From Azolla caroliniana (lineage: Eukaryota > Plantae > Polypodiophyta), in the NCBI GenBank assembly GCA_043228905.1, contig JBHGNT010000001.1:20584001-20648000 (forward strand): a DNA stretch of 64,000 nt. The letters run 5' to 3'. This document shows positions 59,001 to 64,000 of this stretch, in pieces; within the stretch, counting starts at the first letter, position 1; every line of letters starts with the position of its first letter. Position numbers and translations under genes: made by a program. The notes under the pieces are model-generated. The model worked only from the letters and a program-made list of their open reading frames with translations, was not told where the DNA came from and ran no database searches.

Positions 59001-59361
59001 GTTTGTCAAGAAAATTCAAACCACCATCACTACATCCATATCTATCTAACAATTGAAAGCTACGAAAATTCCAAAATCTTGTTTTGGCAAAGTATTGAAT
59101 TGTAATTTTGTATCCATTGTGAGGGATGGTAAAACTGTCCTAAAAAGTTAATCACTGAACAGAACATACATACACATTGCTTAAATTGATTACGGGTGTG
59201 GCATATTAAGAATTTGATTCGCGATGTTAAAAATGTCTAGGCCACATAAAATTGGGGGTTGATCGATCGTTCACCATGTTCTAGAAATTGAAGTGTTTGT
59301 TTTGCATTGCCAAAATGTGCACAATGCTCATACATTTAGGTTTGACTAGTGATTAATTAAT

Positions 59362-60373
59362 GGGAAAAGTACCAGGATAACCATGGAAGTTCGTCTATTT
59401 ACCAGAATGCCCTTGAAAGTTCCAAATTTATCAAACTACCTCAATGTCCAAAAAATACACTTTATAAAGTAATTATACACTTAAATCTACAAGCCCTATT
59501 TATTAGAATACCTTTCAAACACAAATTTCTTTACTTAAGTGATTCTTTAGGTCCTTTGTACCTAATAGTGTAGTCTTTTTTTTTTTTTTTGTTCATTGGG
59601 TTGATCAATCGTCTTTATCATCAGAATATGGGGTTACCTTGTGCATTATTAGATATATTTGATTTTGTGGATATTTTTGGAATTACAGTTTTTGTAGACG
59701 GATCAAAATTAACATGTAATTATTTAATTTTGATAATTAATTTTGGTTTGCAAGTATTTTTGAAATTGATGAGATTGATGAGATTTAGTTGTGATTACAT
59801 TTTGGTAACAAAATTTTGTGTAAAATCATGAAATTTGGTTTAAGATGGCATTTTAATAGCAAAGTGTTATGTGAGACTTCGTTTAAAATGTCATTTTGGT
59901 AGCAAAGTTTTTCGTGAGATTTGGTTTAACATTTTGGCCGCAAATTCATGGATTTTGGCTTCAAAATAGCTTCCCAATGGTAAAATTTGGTGTACGATCA
60001 AATGTTTTGGTTTTAACATTAAGTTTTGGTCATTTTAATTACAAATTTTCTTTTTATGGGATTAAGCCAGTAAAACTCAGTGTAAATTTATAGAATTGGA
60101 TTTTAAGGTCACCTTTCAATTGAAATTTTTGATATATAATATAATTTTGATAATTTCGTTGAATTTATGATGTATTTTGAAAAATAAAATTGGTATAAAT
60201 TGGTCAAAATAGGTATATAGTGGCATTATGGTAAATAAGTTTAGGTTTAAGGGTACTTTGGTAAATAAGGCTTGTAGATTTGAGTGTATAATTACTTTAT
60301 AAAGTGTATTTTTTTGGACATAGGGGTAGTTTGGTAAATTTGGAACTTCTAGGGGTATCCTGGTACTTTTCCC
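59362..60373. mobile_element. Non-autonomous Mutator-like element (MULE MITE), 9-bp TSD TTAATTAAT
   Basis: TIR GGGAAAAGTACCAGGATA...TATCCTGGTACTTTTCCC extending >100 bp; TSD at 59353-59361 and 60374-60382. Confidence 0.9.
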
Positions 60374-61249
60374 TTAATTAATCAATGCCAATGAAGTTGG
60401 CATTGCATGTGATATTTAGATTCCATTAGGTATTGAGTTCTTAGCCTCTATAAATTTGTAGGATGCAATAGTAATTTCTCTTTGAAAAGTGTGTTTATTT
60501 TGATGGAATTGCGGTACTAAAAAAAAAACGATTTCAGTGGACAAATATGACCCTAATGACAAAAAAATTACATTTTCTTGTAATGCATGTGAAAATGAGT
60601 AATAACTCACAATATTCATGAATTTTATTAATAAATATTGCAATTGAGAGTGCACATTGTAATTGGGAGAGGTTCATCTTAAGGCAAAGATATGTCGAAA
60701 GCATAATTAGTTGTGATCAAAAGTAGAGAGCATTGTACCAAATTTTGATAGTCAAACTCTTGAACTTGTTTTGAGCAATGGTGCATACTTGATTATTGTC
60801 ATCACTTGTGCCCTAATGCCTTGTCATGTGAGTTATGTTATATGGAAGAAATGGTTTAGATGGCCGACAACGAGAATGGCTCTAACATGTATAGATGTGT
60901 GGTTTCCTTGTATGACGAAGAATATGGTTTTATGGGTGGGTACAACATATGTAGTATGTGATCCTCCATAGTTTTCCATATTGTGATACATTGGTAGTGC
61001 AAACGTTGTGAGCTCATTTGGCCTTATCATTTAAAGGAAGAAGTTGCAAAAGTGCCTCGTTTATAGTGAGAACTTGGCTTGGAGAAACTTTGTGAGAAAA
61101 TGTTTTTGGACATTTTCAAAGTTTTTCCAAGTGGACGTACAGATATTATTGCATATTTTTGTACCACTAGTGTCGAAATGGTATTTCTCAAGAACCAAAC
61201 ACATAATTTCTCCATTATTGCATGTGTTCTCAAATGCATAATAACACAT

Positions 61250-61600
61250 TCTTTCTATCTATGATTTGTAGGAACTTCAAGGCTATGCACAATTTCAAGT
61301 GGCTCATTATTGTACATAATGCATGGTTTATCTTTATTTTGGCACTTCATAAGCATAATCTTTGTTTTAAAGATGTTGAGAGTTAACTTAACATGATATA
61401 AAGTTCTTCTAATGCTGCATAATAGCACATTCTTTCCATCTATGATTTGAAGGAACTTCAAGGCTTTCCACAATTTCAAGTTACTTATTATTGTACATAG
61501 TGCATGTTTTATCTTTCTTTTGGCACTTCACAAGCATAATCTTTATTTAAAAGATGTTGACACTTAACTTAGCATGATGTAAAATTCTTCAAGGATAGGT
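61250..61600 (-). mobile_element. LINE RT C-terminal fragment, locally duplicated (~180 bp x2)
   Basis: KTKIMLMKCQNKDKPCIMYNNEPLEIV resembles the LINE RT thumb region; two adjacent copies. Confidence 0.6.
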
Positions 61601-61614
61601 GATTATGCCAACTT

Positions 61615-62875
61615 TGCTCAAGTGGCTGAGTCATCTATGCCATAAAGATGAGAATGGGATATCAACCAAAAACAAGTCACCCTCTTGAGTGTGACATACA
61701 ACGGGTACAGAGAATGTACCTTCGGCCCATGAGCAAGTAGGAGGTTCCCTCTTTGGAGTGTCCACCCTCTTGAAGAGAAGTTGGCACAAACGCTTGCTTC
61801 GTAAAGTTGTCCCACCGAAATCAATAGTCATGTCAGTTTTGGGACATGTTGGATGTTATGAAGTACTAAAGTAGAAACATCTAGAAGGTTGAGTTCTATT
61901 GTGCATATAACAATGATTGCATAATGCTGGGCATTGTCAACTCGAATTGAGTTCAAATTCTTAGCCGTATATTGCCAAAATTGTGACCGATAAGGAGTCA
62001 TGTGATAGGAGGCACCCGAATCGAGAAGCTAGCTCGTACATAACTTCTTTGGTTGTGTACAAAACTTCCAACTTGACCATATTTTCGATCACAAGGATGT
62101 TCTGGTCATCTAAAAGAATTCGGATGTAGAGTCGACAATGGAAGCTGCAACAACGAAATTTACTTCCTCCTGTCGGCTGCCCCTTTGCTCGCCTTTTTGA
62201 GCCTTCTCATTCTTGGCCTTGAGGGCACAACATTAGGTTTTGATGTATCCAAGCTTCATGCAATAATTGCATGTTTGAGTGTCCTTGGACTAGCTTCGGC
62301 CTCTTGCATTGTGTGGCATTTGGGAAGAACTTCTTCCCTGACTATTTGGTTGGTCAACCAAACTCTATATTACGAAGGCGTCACTTACTGACTTGTGCAC
62401 AAATGTTTTCCGCCGAGTGTCTTTGGACAAGGTGGAGCTCGTAATCTCGAAGTACTTTACGACCGTAGCCGATGTGTTACACATGGTCGTAACGAAAGTT
62501 TCCCATGAAGGGGGAAGACTGCTCATCAACAAGAGAGCTTTTATCTCATCGTCAATAGTCATTCCTTGGGCCAAAATCTAAGAATTTATACTTTTGTGGT
62601 CGTTTAGGTGAGCCTGGACCGAATCGGATTCTTTCATCCGAAGATTATAAAGGCACCGAATCAAATAGATCTTCATTGCGGCCACCGTTGTCTCATATGT
62701 ATCCGACAACGTTTTCCAGAGTTGATAGGTTGTCAGACATGATTGCACTGTATAATAAACCGATTTGGATAAGTGCATCTGAATGGTGGCACTAGCTATA
62801 CGGTCCAACATCAGCCGCTCATTCAGCTGTGAGCACAACCGTTAGTGCGGAACAAAAACATCACTATGTGATGAA
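61615..62875 (-). pseudogene. Old Copia gag-protease fragment
   Basis: LYNLRMKES, KALLLMSSLPPSWETFV, LLDSGASYHMT-like. Confidence 0.8.
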
Positions 62876-64000
62876 TGTTGGGGACAAGGACGTCAATGCG
62901 GAAGTGCAAGCAACATTCGTGATGAAGAGGAACTTGTGTGTCTGCATGAGCAAGATAGACACAAGAGAGATAGAGAGAGAGATAGGCACAAAGAAATGTT
63001 ATTTTTCTCAAGCAACAGTTTACAAATTACAACCAACAACCTTTTCTAAAGGTTACAAAGTCACTTTATATAGTGACTGTCCTAGGGCAATTGCCCTTTA
63101 TGCTATTTATAGAAATAGCCCAAACTTGGGTTGTCCAAAGGGACAGTGTGGATACGACCATTATACACTCGTATTCGACACTCCCCCGTAATGGGCGTAT
63201 ACATGGGTTATCTAAAAAATTACAGGTATATATAAGGTTTATTGGACAGATTGGTTTTGTTAGAGTCGGCAAGATCCGAAGACAGAAGACCAAACCGGTC
63301 GGGTCGGAAGAGCTGAAGCCGATCCTCAAAGAACCGATGTCGGTGGTCCGAAACCATCCTGTGCTGTGTCCGACTTTAACCGGACCGATTTTTCGTTACG
63401 CCCATCTGTTGCTGAAGGGACCGGAAGCGATCCGCCGAAAGACACTTGGTCATTCCATCTACGACATTATCAGTTGTGGATATTTTCTCGAGACCGATTT
63501 TCCCTGAAATGACGTAGTCCCGAACGAAGTGATATCGAACGTCGATATGCTTGGAGGCATTGTGGTGAACCGGATTCTTTGACAAAGCAACAACACTCTA
63601 ACTGTCGCTGTAGACAACTGGAGCCGAGTCAGAGTCGACTTGTCGAAACGTGTGTGCCAGCTGACCGAGCCATAAAGCTTCTTTTGCCGCGTCGGACACA
63701 GCTACATATTCCGCTTTGGTCGTTGAGGTGGCTGTGCACTCCTGAAGTTTTGACTTGCACGCGATTGCTCCATTGCCGAATTTGAAGCAGTATCCGGTTG
63801 TTGATTTCCAACTGTCCGTACAGTCGGCGAAGTCCGAGTCGGTGTAACCGACTACACCTGAGGTTGAGTTCGGGCCGAAAAGAATGTCGTGGTCTTTTGT
63901 GCTAGCTAGATATCTGAACACATGCTTGACTGCGTTCCAGTGCGATCGGCCGGGGTTGTGCATGAATCTATTGACGACTCCTACAACGTGAGAAATATTA
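62876..64000 (-). mobile_element. Copia 3' end: RT end/RNase H, PPT and 3' LTR 62876-63180
   Basis: YTDSDFA, SKHIDVRYHFVRD; PPT ACGGGGGAG; TGTTG...CGACA. Confidence 0.88.

Overview
Eukaryotic, almost certainly non-seed land-plant (fern-like, inferred from the co-occurring Phygy-like, Tcn1-like and Galadriel-like Gypsy lineages) genomic DNA. About 1-55.5 kb is a deeply nested pile of LTR retrotransposons, mapped here by TG..CA termini, PBS/PPT and target-site duplications. It holds three Phygy-like Gypsy elements (shared TGTC...CGCGACA LTR ends, tRNA-Trp PBS, 4-bp TSD), several Copia copies, an internally deleted chromovirus carrying a tandem LTR-ORF-LTR-ORF-LTR non-autonomous element, a Tcn1-like fragment, solo LTRs and a Galadriel-like chromovirus. 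One very young intact 10.2-kb non-chromovirus Gypsy (35339-45546, identical LTRs) has gag-pol followed by an A63 tract, an internal TATA promoter and a ~960-aa extra ORF (PMD-like N-terminus plus long coiled coil), and has a hairpin instead of a polypurine tract. From ~55.5 kb a spliced host gene with an N-terminal UIM-like motif starts; the following (probably intronic) sequence holds a Mutator-like MITE, a LINE fragment and more Copia. Best leads: the accessory-gene cassette and PPT-less end of the intact Gypsy; a -1 frameshift signal between protease and RT plus co-varying cis hairpins in the Phygy-like family; a tandem mini-element whose single open ORF is a Gag-Pol with the RT catalytic core removed in frame; and a Copia with two PPTs flanking a Pol C-terminal extension. 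All calls are by eye, and lineage names come from motif recognition, not database searches.
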